Assembly: GCF_018977255.1 (NCBI RefSeq)
Contig: NW_024704743.1
Location: 21,020,001-21,084,000, forward strand
Reading direction: 5' to 3'
Source of the DNA: Callorhinchus milii
Taxonomy: Eukaryota
DNA length: 64,000 nt
Made by a program: the position numbers and the translations under genes. Numbering within the stretch: position 1 is the stretch's first letter; each line of letters begins with the position of its first letter. This document shows positions 13,261 to 26,860 of this stretch, in pieces. The notes under the pieces were generated by a model. That model saw nothing but the letters and a program-made list of their open reading frames with translations, did no database searches and was not told the DNA's origin.

Positions 13261-15924
13261 TTTCCTGCCTACTTGGCAATATATTGTAGTAAAGGTTCAA
13301 ATTGTGAATTGTACATCACTATTCATGTTATTGTACTTTTCCTCTTGAACTTCTAAGATCATTATATGGGGTCTTTTGGGCAATTGGACATCAATACATT
13401 TGATAATAATAATAATAAAATAATAATCCTTGCATTTTAATATAGTCCTTTTCATGTCAGGAGAATGTCTCAAAGAACTTCACATGATTTATTGTAAATT
13501 GTAGTGACGGTAGCCAAACCTCTGCAAAATATCCTAAGGCAATTTTGTGGTGTTACTTCTGTCCAATTTATGTTGGACTAAGTGCACAGAATTTTCCTCT
13601 GGACTTTCTAATGCAGTGAGGAGAAATGTAAGTCAGCGATGGCTCAGAATCCGTCAATCATATTGCGTTCAAAAGAATCTGCACACCAGGCACAAGCAAG
13701 TTACATTTTTAGTTAATGGAATGACATCTAAATCTGTGCTGTGGTTTTAGTTTTGTTTCATTATTTTCTATGAAATGAATGGAGATGTCTGCATCTGAGT
13801 GAGGTCTAAATATAGTTTTGTAATAAACTTTCAACACTTTGTTTTACGAGCGTACAAATGAGGTCACTGCATCTCTGCTGCTAATCCAAGCGCTCTCCAC
13901 TTCCCCCAGGCCAGGCTACATAGGAGCTCCTCATAATTTCTTGGTTGGACATATTACATAATATCCAGGCTGTCATGATGGCTATTTCTGTACGACATCC
14001 ACCATGATGAATACGCTCTTATTCTCCTGGCTAATCTTAAAGGCAGCTGGAACAATTGCTTCAGTTAGACCAAAGATTTACTCGACTGTGAAGGACGTTG
14101 ATCCATATAACTGGTTGTTTCAAATACTTGAACAATGTTTGGAGGTGAATTAAAGGAGTTGTTTCTGTCCAAAATGGTAACTTTACAATTGGTCATTTTG
14201 CTTAAATAAATGGGGATCAATTCCAGATTTCTAAGTTGGCATAATGTGTAGAAATTGCCACATCAAGTTTGATTCTATAGCTTGTTGAAATTTAATTATT
14301 CTAGTTAATGGTTTGACTCAACGACCATCATTTCCAAATGGAATTTTAAAGGGTGTTGGAGTGGAAGCACAACACAAGTCAAGATCGTGTAGAATCCACC
14401 TCCTAAACAATGTTCTCTTACTTTCCCATGCTTACCTCTTAGAATACTATTAGCAGAACACTGGAGGCAAGTCACCCTCTTATTCAATGACTGTGAATAT
14501 TGAGAGCCAAGAAAGAGGAAGGCTGTTTGACGTGCCCTTCTTTGCTATCCCTTGTAGTTCATATTTTGCTCTTTCCCTGCTGTCACAATGAAAGAGTTGA
14601 GAAGAACTGCTGAGAGATGGAAATATTTCAGCTTCCTTGCATATGAGTAATGATCATGTTTTATTTGATAAAATGGAGTAGATTTGAAATGTAGAGGAAG
14701 CACGCATAATCTCACCAACTGACAGTCATTCAGTGTGTCAACAGGCCTGAAGCAATGAAGCACATCAGGTGGAAACACAGGTTGGAAGCTTCAGGGAATA
14801 CCACATAATTTGAACCAATGGTCCTGTGGGCCCATCCTAAAACTGAAATGTCTAGGAAGATGAAATCAAGAGCAATGTTTTGTATAATGTTGTCAGCAGG
14901 ACAGATGAAATAGGAGTTTGCCGGCCAGATGAAATCATCCCCCAGGCTGGATATATTGGACCATCCTGGTGTAGACGAATGTGCCAGAATGTAGATGATG
15001 TGTACAAATACCTAGTTGTTATACTTTCCAAAAAAANGTCTGAAGCATTCTGAGACGTTTTGACATCATTAGGCGCTAGGTCAAATGCAAAGATTATTAG
15101 TATTATACATCACATTTTAAAGATTGCTGTTTCAGAATATATTAGTGTGGATGGACTTTATTCCAGGTTAGTTTATGGCAAATGGATCCCAACAAACCAT
15201 TTTGTATTCCACCATTAAAACAGAGAAAATAGGAGAAATAAGAAAATTATCGTTTTAAGAGACTAGATGAATGCTCCTACCTTCCTTTTCCTCTTCCAAA
15301 AAAATATCTAAAGTGGACAAAACAGTTCTTCAAAGCTAGTAGAGAGGTAGGAAAAAAGCCATGATTGCACATAAAACTATATATACAATACAATTGCACC
15401 TTTCCAGAAAAATGTTTGTATTTTAGGGAGATGACAATCCATTATAATTCCAATAAAATGAACTAATTTTCTTGAAATGTTGAAGCATAAATTCTAAACC
15501 CATGCAGCGATCAACTAATTAGCACTTGAACTGGAACCAATCCAGAAAGGAGTAAAGTGCACCATTAATTTTAAAACCTCTTTCTGATTTAATTTCAGAT
15601 GAATGTTTAGTGTATGATATATACAGAATGAAAACATTATCAAAATCCATACCATTTATATCCCATTTATGGCACTAACAATAACTCAGTTTCTCGTGAG
15701 CTATTGAGCCAGTCCACTCCTGGGATATAACCAACCACTGATGGGTTTCAATTGCATCCCATGGATATTCATAATGCATTATCCATTTTCACTTTTTGTG
15801 TAAACGACAGAGCGACGCTAACAACTTCTGACATCAAGTGAACAGAAGAGCTGCTCTTGCTAATGTACTGTTGCATGACAGTAGCAACCTCAACTTTGTA
15901 GAATATAATACAGCACAAACTGTT

Positions 15925-16302
15925 CCAGTGCTTTGGTTCAAGTGAGAGGACCCGGGTTCAGTTTCCAGACAGGGCGAAACCTTAGGCAAGTTTCCTTACT
16001 CCACACGCCTCTGTTTACCTAGCATTAAGTTGGATCCCAGTTGTTCGTTGATTGGCGGATCGCTTTTTCGGGGGTCATCCCTTTTTAAATTTTTTTTAAA
16101 AAATTTATAATAATTTGGTCACTCAATCCACGACTGTTTGTGGGATTGCTGTGCACAATTGGCTGCTGCATTTCGCCCACAAAATATACAGTCAATTCAC
16201 TGTACAGAATTTTTGTGTCTTTCATAGTATTTCACTGTGAAGTGCTTTGAGACGTCTAGAAGATGTGAAAAGGCTCCATATCAAATGCAAGGATTATTAT
16301 TA
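15925..16302 (+). mobile_element. tRNA-SINE, long variant
   Basis: B-box gggttcagtttcc, ccttaggcaagtttccttactccacacgcctctgtttacctag, tail atcaaatgcaaggattattatt. Confidence 0.85.
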
Positions 16303-16829
16303 CCAAATCTAAGAATTATTATTACAAACACAAGAAAAGTAAATACAATACTGTACCAGTCAAATTGGCTTTATCAAAACAGGAATGATAGAAGTTTTCC
16401 ACTTAGTGACATGAGGCCTGGTGATAGCAATATTTGCATTGGACTGGGTGTAACCAGACTGGGGTTCTCATTGCCTGTATATTTACAGAGATGATCACTA
16501 AATATGAGCCCTGAGCATGGAGACAATCAGACTTGGGCAGGTGATAACTGAATACAGACCTAAAGGTACGGTACATAGATTTACATAGACTTCATCTGGG
16601 TCTGTTCAGCCCATTATTTCCATTGACAAATGCGAATGGTTTTCTATGTTTGTCACATAGACCATTAAAAAAACATGCAATTTGCAATAATGTCTCAGCT
16701 ATTAACTCTCTCACCTTAAATCAAAGAAATGAAAACAAAACTTTAAAAAAAACCTTCACACCAGTCTGGTAGACTTCAGTGTTCAAAGTGTCACATTCCA
16801 AAACAACACAGTTGATGAAATTCAACTAA

Positions 16830-17130
16830 TGTGGACTTAGTTGACAAGAGTGAAAAATTGGACGGATTGTGGTATATTCCCAAGAGCTGAGCAGTTAAGT
16901 GGTGATCTGACTGAGGCATTAAAAATAACGAAACTATCAAGGCAGACAGGGGCACATAAACAAGAGCATATAATAAGGAATGTGACAATGTGGACTGCAG
17001 TGCCCCAGAAGGCTATAAATGCAGAATCCATTGGGATGTTTAAAAGATACAAGTGATGGTTAGTCTGCACTTACAAGGAAGAGTTTTTTAGATGATAACA
17101 TTATGAACAAATACTGAACTGTCAAAGAAT
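16830..17130 (+). mobile_element. CR1 3' fragment
   Basis: L.GDLTEALKI..W.A+PQKAINAESIGMFK text typical of the CR1 ORF2 C-terminus. Confidence 0.65.
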
Positions 17131-17159
17131 TGAGCAATATTGAGTAGTGGCAATAAACA

Positions 17160-17615
17160 TACTAGTACATACTAAACTCCGTATCCCCATCACACCAGTT
17201 GTAGCCAGGCTCCACTGGCTTCCTATCGCCAAATGGATCAACTTCAAGATCCTCACACTCGTTTTCAAATCCCTTCATGCCCTGGCACCTCCCTACCTCT
17301 CTGAGCTGCTTACCCCACAACCCGCTGCCTCCACTCGACTGGCTCCGGCCTTCTGCATGTCCCTTGTGCCCTCCGTTTCACCATTGGTGGCCGCGCTGTC
17401 AGCCACTACCCCCAAAACTCTGGAACATTCTTCCTCTATCCCTCTGCCTTGCCTCTTCCTTCCCCATCTTCAGGTTGCGCCTGAAGACCTTCCTGTTCGA
17501 CCGTGCCTATGGTCACCTCCCCCTTGCCCCGGCTCGGTATCGTGCCCCACCACTGACCATCGCTCTGGGATGCTACCCTGTGTGAGGGGTGCTATACAAA
17601 TGCAAGTTGTTTTTG
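17160..17615 (+). mobile_element. L2 LINE 3' end
   Basis: PITPVVARLHWLPIAKWINFKILTLVFKSLHALAPPYLSELL; LWN.LP..LKTFLFDRAYG; tail gctatacaaatgcaagttgtt. Confidence 0.9.
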
Positions 17616-17619
17616 TTAG

Positions 17620-18260
17620 CAAGAGAATAATCAAGCCTGGTGGGTGACAAAGGTTTAGATAAGGCTCTCAATCGCCGAGCAGGACAGGTAGTGCTGGAAA
17701 CAGGCAATGTTCCAGAGGTGAGGGAAAGCAAATTGAAGGCAAACCAATGGTCTTGAAATCAATGGTAAGTCAGAGAGATAGAGTTGGGTGTCATCAATGT
17801 ACTTATGGAAGTGGGCCCATGCCTGTAGATGTTGTCATCAAGGAGGGACATTGAAGTGGGTAGGATTTTATGAATGCCATGGAGGATAACACGAAGACGA
17901 GAGGAGAAACTGCCAATTTTCCTCCTAATCCACAGCTAAAGACTGTTATCAGTTAAAAAATCTGTTCCTTTTAAGTGAAGATGCTGGGGTTGGTAAGAGT
18001 GAAACCAGGAAAAGACAGAGCTATTGAGGTGGAGGACGGTAGAAAGATGGTGGAGAATGATGGAGTGGTCAATGGTATTGGAAATATCAGAGAGATCGAG
18101 GAGAATAAAAAGGCAAAGGGAGTCCTTGTCGCAGAAGGAGTCTTTAACCATTGGTGTCTAACCAGGACAGTGTCAGTTCTGTAACAGGGCAGAAGCTGGA
18201 TTGGAGGAGTTCATAGAGGGACTAGTGGGAGAGGAAGAAGTCATGTTGAGAGGTGAAGGC
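17620..18260 (-). mobile_element. L2 RT fragments
   Basis: ORF 17936-18151 has LFILLDLS..SNTIDHSIIL, and the 17775-17850 reverse complement is FH.Y.DDTQLYLS-like. Confidence 0.75.
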
Positions 18261-18479
18261 AGATAAATCGATCGATTCGATTCAGAGCTTTCCACTACTT
18301 GCAGTTACACTGTGGTTAGAATTGTTGGGAAAAAAATCTCCAATATGATTTGTAAAAAATAGATACAGTATAAACCAAATTTAGAAACAAATCTACAGTG
18401 CAGAACACGGCCGTTCAGACTATTAAATACAATGACTTGTACATAATTCATAATTTCAGAATAATAAGGTACAAAGGTA

Positions 18480-19590
18480 ATTTCTTTACCTTTGTACCTT
18501 AAGCCCCTGTATATAGAACCCAGCATGCTATTAGCTTTCTTTGCAGCCTTTGCCACTTGCAATGCCACTTTCAGTGACTTATGAACCTGCATTGCCAAAT
18601 CAGCTGATTGCAAGGAACTGCCATTCAATTTTTGCATCCTCGTTTCTTCTACCAAAATTAATCACCTCACATTTTGCTTCATTAAACTTTATTCGCTATT
18701 GATCATCCCATTGCACTAATCTGTTTAAATCCTCCTGCAGTCCCTTGCCATCCTCATTGCTATTCACTGTACTTCCTAGCTTGGTATCATTCACAAACTT
18801 TGATACCATACCCCGTATATTGAAATTGAGTTCATTGATATATATTGAAAAAACACGGACCTCTGCACAGATCCCTGTGGTATGCCACTGACTATCTTCC
18901 TCCAACTGGCAAAGGAAACTTTTAGCCCTCCTCTCTTTCTATTCTTCAACCACTTTTCAATCCAGACTGCCATGTTCCCCCTATTCCATGTGGCATGAGG
19001 CATTATTCCATGCAGTGCCTTTTACCAGCATTTAACGGCACTTAGTAAGCGAGCAAAGTGAGGCTGCTCAGCTTGGTGTTGGTGCGCAGCCCAGGAGAGT
19101 GAGCTGGTGAGATTCCACACGCAGTCCTATGGAAATTTTTGGTCCATGGAGTTTTTTTAAAAAAATGTTTTGGTATTTGGTCCAATCTGTCTAGGTTGGA
19201 ATTTCAGATACCCGGAATTTACAGTACACAACATTCATAGCATTGCCTTTATTTACATTTTCAGTTACTTCTTCAAAGAACTCTATTAAATTAATCAAAC
19301 ACGATCTGCACTTCACAAATCAGTACTGACTGTTCCTGATTAACTCATGCCTGTCTAAGAAATCGCTAACTTGACATCTTATTATTGCCTCCAAATGTTT
19401 ATCCACAACTGTCTTGAAGCTAATTGACCTGTAGTTCTCTGGCTTATCCCTAGTGCTCTTCTTGAATAGAGGCACCACATCTGTCACCTTCCAATCTTCT
19501 GGCACCCCACCAGACTCTAAAGACATTAAGAAAATTATTGACAGAGTCTCAACTATCACCTCTCTGGTTTCTCTCAATAACCTGAGATCA
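18480..19590 (-). mobile_element. CR1 LINE ORF2 RT fragment (frameshifted; ~19000-19230 is an insertion)
   Basis: GVPEDWKVTDVVPLFKK..RDKPENYR.IS; SGIPQGSV; SKFVNDTKLG..LQEDLNRLVQW; KKANSMLG.I.RG..YK. Confidence 0.92.
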
Positions 19591-19659
19591 TACTAACAGG
19601 GCCCTATGATTTCTCAGTTTACATTTATAATGCCTTTCACATCGGAAGGTCATCCCAAA

Positions 19660-20225
19660 ATGTTTATCACAACATCCAGGCTTGACTATGCAAACCCCTT
19701 GCTTGTCAGCCTCCCCAACTCCTCCCTCCATAGGCTGCAGATCATCCAGAACTCTACAGCCCATGTCCTCTACCGCACCAGGCTCCATAACCCTATCACC
19801 CGCATCCTCGCTCGACTCCACTGGCTTCCCATTATACAAAGGACACAGGTCAAGTTCCTGGTCCTCACCTTTAAAGCCCTCGATGGTCTCACTCCCCTCT
19901 ACCTCTGCGACCTCCTTAATCCCTACCAACCTGCCTGCTACCTCCGCTCAGAGGGCAACATTGGTGGGCGGGCCTTCAGCCATTCTACCTCCACCCTCTG
20001 GAACTCGATCCCACAGTCCCTCTGCCTCGCCCCTTCCCTTGCCTACTTCAAGACCCATCTCAAAACCCTCCTCTTTGACCGTGCCTTCGATCATCCTCCT
20101 TCTCCCCGCCCTCCACCTTCGCCGATCCCGACCCCCAGCTCGGGTCCGAAGCACTGATTGTTGAGTGCAATGGGACATCCTCTCAACATGAAAGGCACTA
20201 TACAAATGTAATTTTGTGGTTTCGT
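19660..20225 (+). mobile_element. L2 LINE 3' end, well preserved
   Basis: SRLDYANPLLVSLP..LQIIQNS.AHVL..PITRILARLHWLP..GRAFSHS..LWNSIP..LKTLLFDRAF plus L2 tail. Confidence 0.93.
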
Positions 20226-20599
20226 TATTGGCCAGCTGAGGAGTACAGGTCAACTGGCTGGAAATGTTTTTGCAGAAAAGAATAAACCTGCCATTGATTC
20301 AGTAAGGAAAAGCAAAGGTCTAATGAAACTATTTCTCAAGGATTAACCAGGATGAAACCTAGTTTCCTTCAACTGTTTCTAAGGTACATTCCTAGAAAGA
20401 GTGAAAATAGAGTATAAATTGTGAACCCTAATGAAAAGGGGGACAGGATAGGAACTCGTAGTTGTTTTGATCATTTATTCTTGTGCGTAGGATACTACGT
20501 AAGTTTCCTGATTTTGATTTACTACAAGAAATGGCAGCTTGTATTCTTTTAAATATTTTAAGGCATTTTGTCTCCTTTTTTGCTGCTTGGTTTCTCCAG

Positions 20600-20659
20600 G
20601 CATCTCAAATCGCTAATATTTTTTTNCCTGTTCCTCGATGCGGAAGGATCTGGCCGTTG
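20600..20659 (+). other. Candidate 60-nt exon (UTR or cassette)
   Basis: Long pyrimidine tract ending ttggtttctccag|G, donor TTG|GTAAGA, open frame ASQIANIFXPVPRCGRIWPL, 4 CpGs in 60 nt; contains one N. Confidence 0.3.
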
Positions 20660-21169
20660 GTAAGACCCCCTCAGCTGCACAACTGAGATAAGCAATTCAA
20701 CCATATGAAGAAACACTGCTCTGAACATGTTTCATGTAAAACACATTGGACCTTATTTCTAATAAAGCTCTTTTACTGAAAATGCCACTTTTATTTTTGG
20801 ATGAGCAAAAATGTCTGAGATATGTTTCAAGAGGAGAAATGCCAGCAGAAACAAAATGCAAACTACATATAACTGAAAGATTCTTTCAAATTCAAACACA
20901 GATGAATTTTGAGCTTGTTTCGCCTAACGCAATTTTAACAATAATTACAATACTTTTATATAGCAACACGTCTTTGAGATGTCTCAAAGCGCTTCACAGA
21001 ATATACTGCAAAGTGAATTGACTGTATATTTTGTGAGTGAAAACGAAGATAGAACCGCTGTCATCTTTGACCTGCTTTTTCTTTGACATGCAACTGAATG
21101 TACTGCGGGCACATGTAAGTGCTAAGGCCACAATAAAACTGATCTCTTGCCAAATTGTGCAAAGATGTA

Positions 21170-21480
21170 TTGCATAAATAATAAAATACTTGCATAGTGA
21201 TAGTGCCTTTTCACACTAAAAAGGTATCGAAGAGCTTTCTGCAAAGTGTAATGACTGTTTGTGGGCGAACTCTTTAGCCAGCTATAAAATGTAATGACTG
21301 TGTATTTTGTGTGTGACTATGGCAGCTAATTTTCACACAGCAATATCCCACAAACAGCCAAGAAATAATGAACAATCAAATTTTTAGTTGGGGGATTGTT
21401 GGTCAGAACACCAGGAGAAATACCCCTTCTCTATTCGAATAGTGTCAATGGATCTTTTATATCCACCTGAACTGGCAGAA
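21170..21480 (-). mobile_element. DeuSINE 3' half
   Basis: cacagcaatatcccacaaacagc, gaatagtgtcaatggatcttttatatccacctga. Confidence 0.7.
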
Positions 21481-21545
21481 ACTATACAAAATATGAGAAC
21501 TGAGGCATGGCAACATATTGGACTTATGACAATAATAATATCAAT

Positions 21546-22242
21546 TTAATCCTTGCATTTGATATAGTGTTTTTCACATTGGAAGGATGTTTGAAAGCGC
21601 TTCCTAGGATATACTGTGAAGTGTGATTTGGTTGAACATAGCAGTTTGCACACAGCAATGTCCCACAAACAGCAATGAAACAAATGAGCAATATTATTCG
21701 GAGAATTGTTGGGCAGGGAGAAACACCGGGAGAAATCCCCTTCTCTTTTTGAATAGTGCCATGGGAGCTTTAACATCCACATGAACAGGCTGATGGGGCC
21801 TCAGTTTAACATCTCATCCAAAGGATGGCATCTCCGACGATGCAACACCCTTCCTCCCCCCACCTTGTGTCAGCATGGACTATATGAATTCCATGTCCTG
21901 ACATGGGGCTTTAACCCAAAATCTTTTGACTCAGTGTAAGATAGTGATGAAGGGATCTTAAGGAGAATTTTGGATGATCGACTTCACTCAGAGGGCTATG
22001 ACGTTGAGGAACTCATTGCCTGAAGTGATGGTTGAATCAGGTAACATAGATGCATTCAAGAGGAAGATGGACATGATGGAAAGGGGATTAGAGAGTATTA
22101 GGATGGAGTATTGAATGGGTGGAGATTCGTGGAGTATAAACACCGGCATGGACTGGTTTGGCCAAGTGGCTCGTTTCTGTGCTGTACATTTTTGTAAATC
22201 TTTGTAGAGATAAGAGTGCTACCAACTGAGCCAGGCTGACAC
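21546..22242 (-). mobile_element. Full-length SacSINE1/DeuSINE-like element with nested CR1 tail
   Basis: Tail, Deu domain (gaatagtgccatgggagctttaacatccac) and tRNA head (agagtgctaccaactgagccaggctgacac) are all present on the minus strand. Confidence 0.85.
21945..22205 (+). mobile_element. CR1 3' end inserted in the DeuSINE head
   Basis: ttcactcagagggct..gaactcattgcctgaagtgatggttga..gcattcaagaggaag..ggccaagtggctcgtttctgtgctgtac. Confidence 0.8.
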
Positions 22243-25200
22243 ACTGTGGTTGAACACCAGGCTTCACTTAGTATGTGAAGTACAACCCAGCAGCCAATTC
22301 TGATGTTTATCAGCTGGCTGTGCTCCTTCTCGCACCACACATTGGACACTCCCACAGCTGTAGGTTTGACTTCTGCGTAACCTGAAACAATCTAAAGGTG
22401 CCTCTGCCTACAAGATCAAGTCTACATGCAAAACTGATAACATATCTTTCAAATTACGATAACCTTTACTTCAAAATATGTAAAGAATGCTACAGGAAAG
22501 GAATTGGGTTGAACAAAGTAATAAGAAATCTTAACATGAATTTTGGATACAAATGACCTGAATACCCTCATAATAACAAGAAATCAGATTCCAAGTCAGA
22601 TTTATTGACAGTTTCAAGTTCTGGCTGTCAGACCGTATGTTATTACTGGATAGGATGGCAGGGGCTGGAATGGTGAAGTCAATAATCTTGAAGCAGATGG
22701 GAATGTAAGCTTTTGCCACTTCCAGTGAATTTTGCTGTAGTATTAGACAATACAAGACTGATTCATGGAGCCTATTATCTATTCCTTTGTGGTTTGGTGG
22801 CCAATCTTTTGGGGCAGCCAACAAGATAAATTTTCTTGACTAAATATTTCTTGATTTATGTCATAAATCAAGAAATATTTAATCAAGAAAAACCTGGAAA
22901 CACCTGGATGGAACATGGATTTACCTAGACTAGTGCGAATGTTTAGAGGGGGCCACATCTTGAAGGCCCCAAGGGCTGTAGTTTGGCTCGCATTGGTCCA
23001 TAGGATCTCACAGATTGAGATGAAGGCTATTCTGTGATTCTTAGGAAGGACTGAATGTCCTGTCCTAGCTTTCTGAGCCTACGGGAAATGTGTCTCAGCC
23101 TAGAGAACAATTGCAAACTTGCACGGCACTAAATTTTCACTCTATATTTTGTGACCTACAGCTCTGTTTCTAAATTGATCTGAATTTTGAGGCCTGTTTG
23201 TATGGATTATCAATCTAGATGATTTTATCTGGTGAGACGTTCTAATGAATAAAATACTTTTGCGTAACCTAAAACAAGTTGGGTACTTTCGGAAATTGAG
23301 CAATTTAAAATTCAATGTTATTGAAGAGTAGAAATCAATGATGATGATTTTAAACTGAGATTTCCCAAATGTTTCACAAGAAAACAGTAAGAATTTTACA
23401 TTTATGAAATGACTTTCAACAATAACACGAAGTAGCATTTATATAGCGCACCTCACACGGGGTAGCGTTTCGGAGTGCCTAACATTGATTAACATTCCTC
23501 TCTTTTGCATGGTACAATTTCACAGTGCTTTGCAATGTCATCTGTAATGTTAGAGCTATGAATAGAAAACTAGAGTAAATAATAATAATGGTAGAGTTGA
23601 TTTTTCTCTTGATGTGTTTCTAGACATAAAAGGAACCTTCCCCTCCCCCTCCCCTCCATTCAGCTGTGTGAAGCACTTTGAGATTTCCTCCTGAAGTAAA
23701 AGATGTTATATAAATGTCAGTTGCTGTTGTTTCAGAGGAAAGGTAGTGAGCTAAGGCAATAGCCACCCCATTTGTTAATTTAATTGCAGACAGCTTGCAT
23801 TTCCAGGGGTAATTCCTTTTCTAACAATAAACAAGCATGCAATGTTGTAAAAGTTGTATAACTTGTCCCATAGGCCTAGTGAAAGTGTAATTGTACCATT
23901 GTTATACAATAATTCTTATTGCTGTAATTAATTAGTAATAAGGAGTCTTTACATACATCATTTAATATTTAAGAGTTTGCTTCAAATAACGCTTGAATGA
24001 GTTTATTTCATTCTGACAATTGATTTCAACTACTTGGTTTAAAGGAACTATATGGTTTGAACTAAATACAAAAAAAATGTAAGAAATGAAATGTATTGTC
24101 ATTTCCATGTCCTTTCTGACTCTTTCTGACTCCTGACTCTTGATTGTAAAACCCATAGAACAACACTTTACCTTTGTATAGTGCCTTTCATGTTGGTATG
24201 GAGTCTCAAAGCACCCTGTTACAGGAAGAACTGAAGTGGAATAAGAAAGCCTTTATTCAAATATTTTCTATTGGTTCAATTCCTTGCAGTAGATAGTTGT
24301 TTAAAGCAATACTGTGGAGAGATGGGATTGAGTTAAGTCCCACTACATATTTTGAATTTTAAAATGGCGTGTCCCATCAACATTGCCTAAGGCACATGTG
24401 GACCAAGGGTTACTCATACCACCATGCTTAAGTCGATATCATTCAGTTCAGTGGATCCTTTCGCATTGTATTATATCGCTGCATTATTCTGAATGGACAT
24501 GTTGCGTACAAGCACCCTATAACACAATAGCATAATATAGCAAGTACAGCAAGTCATAATTTTTCTATTGCAACTTTCCATGATTCCATTACTGGCACAA
24601 ATCATTGGATCCAAGGAGGACCCTGGTTGCATGTGAGTGAAAACTACCCTAACCTGTAGAAGTTACAAGGAGAGACAACATGTAGGGAGGATTAAATATG
24701 CACGGGACATTTGGCTAGTAAAATGTCAAAGACCATGATACTTAAGAGGCTAGAATGACTTACCTCAGCCAAAACATGAGTCAAATAAGCAGCCCCATCT
24801 TCCAGTCCCATGGGTGCTCATTCAGACTTGGTACCAGTGTGTTTCCAGGTTAATATGTTACTATCCCGTACATGATAATATGGTACTGCCAGGCTTTTGA
24901 CTGATGAGATGGAAAGTTTCCCTTGAAAAGAGGGGTCACTCATTTGACTGCTTGTCCTGTGTTTGTAAGAATGGAGTCTATAGGCGTTCTTGTTGTTTAG
25001 AACGTGAAAATTCTACTCTGAATTTTGCATTTTAATATCTGTTGAATGTTGAAGTAGTTACATTTCACTTATACTGCAAATGGACATTATAATCTAATGA
25101 CAATGTTCTAGGCCTTTTGTATCACTGGTTCAGAAACATTCTCCGCGCATCACCCCAAAACACAATTCATCCCACTTCTCCTGAAAGCACTGACTTGTAT

Positions 25201-25324
25201 GGGGATTTAGTTCTGCCTTAGATAACTTTATTAAGTGAGACATAAAGGGAGATTTAGGTATTTTCATTTGACTTCAGTATATGAAAGATTAGAAAGATTA
25301 GAAAAATGACCTAATATTATGTCG

Positions 25325-25537
25325 ACCTACTGTTCTGGAACTCCCTTCCTCACTCCCTTCGCCTCGACCCCTCTCTTCCCATTTTCAGGTCTCGGCTGAA
25401 GATCTTTCTTTTCGACTGCGCCCTTGGTTACCTTCCTCCCCCTCCCCCTGGCTCGGCCCCGGGATCCATTACTGTGAAGCGCTCTGAGATGCCGTCCGGT
25501 GTGGAGGGCGCTATATAAATCCAAGTTGTTGTTGTTT
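25325..25537 (+). mobile_element. L2 3' terminus
   Basis: ctggaactcccttcct..ctgaagatctttcttttcgac..gcgctatataaatccaagttgttgttg. Confidence 0.85.
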
Positions 25538-25744
25538 TTGTACTAGGCCCGAAGAACTTATATGATACCTTATCTACCTATTCAGGTGGACATTAAAGAT
25601 CCTATGATACTATTCAAAATGAGAAGGGAGATTTTCATGGTACGTTGGCCAACAATCTCACAGATAAAATTGATCATCGGGAGGACGGCCTCCCAATCTG
25701 AAAGGCACTATGTAAATATAATTTGTTATTGTTGATTATTTACT

Positions 25745-26860
25745 TCATGGCTTCACGGTTTCTCCTCTTGTCTCCACACTGTCTCGTGTGGCGTTCCTCA
25801 GGGCTCTATCCTTCGTCTCCTCCTCTTCAATATCTATATGCTCCCTCTTGGTGACATCATCCGCAGACATGGGGTCAACTTCCACATGTATGCACATGAC
25901 ACCCAACTGTACCTCTCTGCCTCCACCCTTGACTCCAGGACCACTGCTGTCCTGACACAATGTTTGTCAGACATCAAGTCCTGGATGAGAGCTAACTTTC
26001 TTCAGTTGAATGTCAACAAGACTGAGGCCCTCCTGATTGGCTCCCATCAGCGCCTCCTCACCTCAAGTGCTGGCAGCATCACCATCCATGGTTGCAAACT
26101 CAACCTTGCTCTGCCAGTCCAGAACCCTGGGGTCTTGTTTGACCCTTAACTATCCTTTCTACCCCGCATCGGTGCCATGATCTGCTCTGCCTTCCCCCAC
26201 CTCCGCAACATCACCCGGCTCTGCCATTGTTTCAGACCGAAGGCCGCCAAAACCCTCATACACGCATTCATAATATCAAGGCTTGACTACGCAAACTTCC
26301 TGCTTGCCAGCCCCCCCAACTCCTCCCTCTATAGGCTGTAGATCATCCAGAATTCTGCAGCCCGTGTCCTCTCCCGCACCAGGCTCCCCCATCACCCCCA
26401 TCCTCGCTCGACTCCACTGGCTTCCCATCACACAGAGGATACAGTTCAAGATCCTAGTCCTCACCTCACCATCAAAGCCCTCCATGACCTTGCTCCCCCT
26501 TACCTCTGCAATCTTCTAACTCCCTACCAACCTGCCCGCTTCCCCGCTTAGCGGATTTCAGTCTGCTTCACGTCCCCTGCCTCGCCGGTGCCTCCATTGG
26601 CTGGTGGGGCTTCAGCCCACCTGTCCCCACCCTCTGGAATTCCATCCCACAGACCCTCCACCTCACCCCCTCCCTTGCCTCCTTCAAGACCCATCGGTAT
26701 GACCCATCAAATCCATCAAGACCTTCCTCTTCGACCGTGCTTTTGATCACTCTCCTTCTCCCGCCTGCCCTCCACCCTCCCCAAATCCTGACTGTCCAGG
26801 GCCTTGGGACCTCCTCCAGACGTGAAAGGCGCTATACAAATGTAAATTTGTTGTTGTTGT
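25745..26860 (+). mobile_element. L2 LINE ORF2 3' ~1.1 kb (pseudogenised RT)
   Basis: GVPQGS.L, MLPLGDIIRRHGVNFHMYAHDTQLYLS..WMRANFLQLNVNKTEALLIGS, LARLHWLP, tail gtgaaaggcgctatacaaatgtaaatttgttgttg. Confidence 0.95.

Noticed and set aside
15038..15038. N bases at 15038 and 20626
   Set aside because: Single ambiguous calls next to homopolymer runs; sequencing uncertainty.
19606..20157. Longest ORF (183 aa) and similar ORFs at 17147, 25838, 41207
   Set aside because: These are truncated, frameshifted L2 ORF2 fragments with no sign of domestication.
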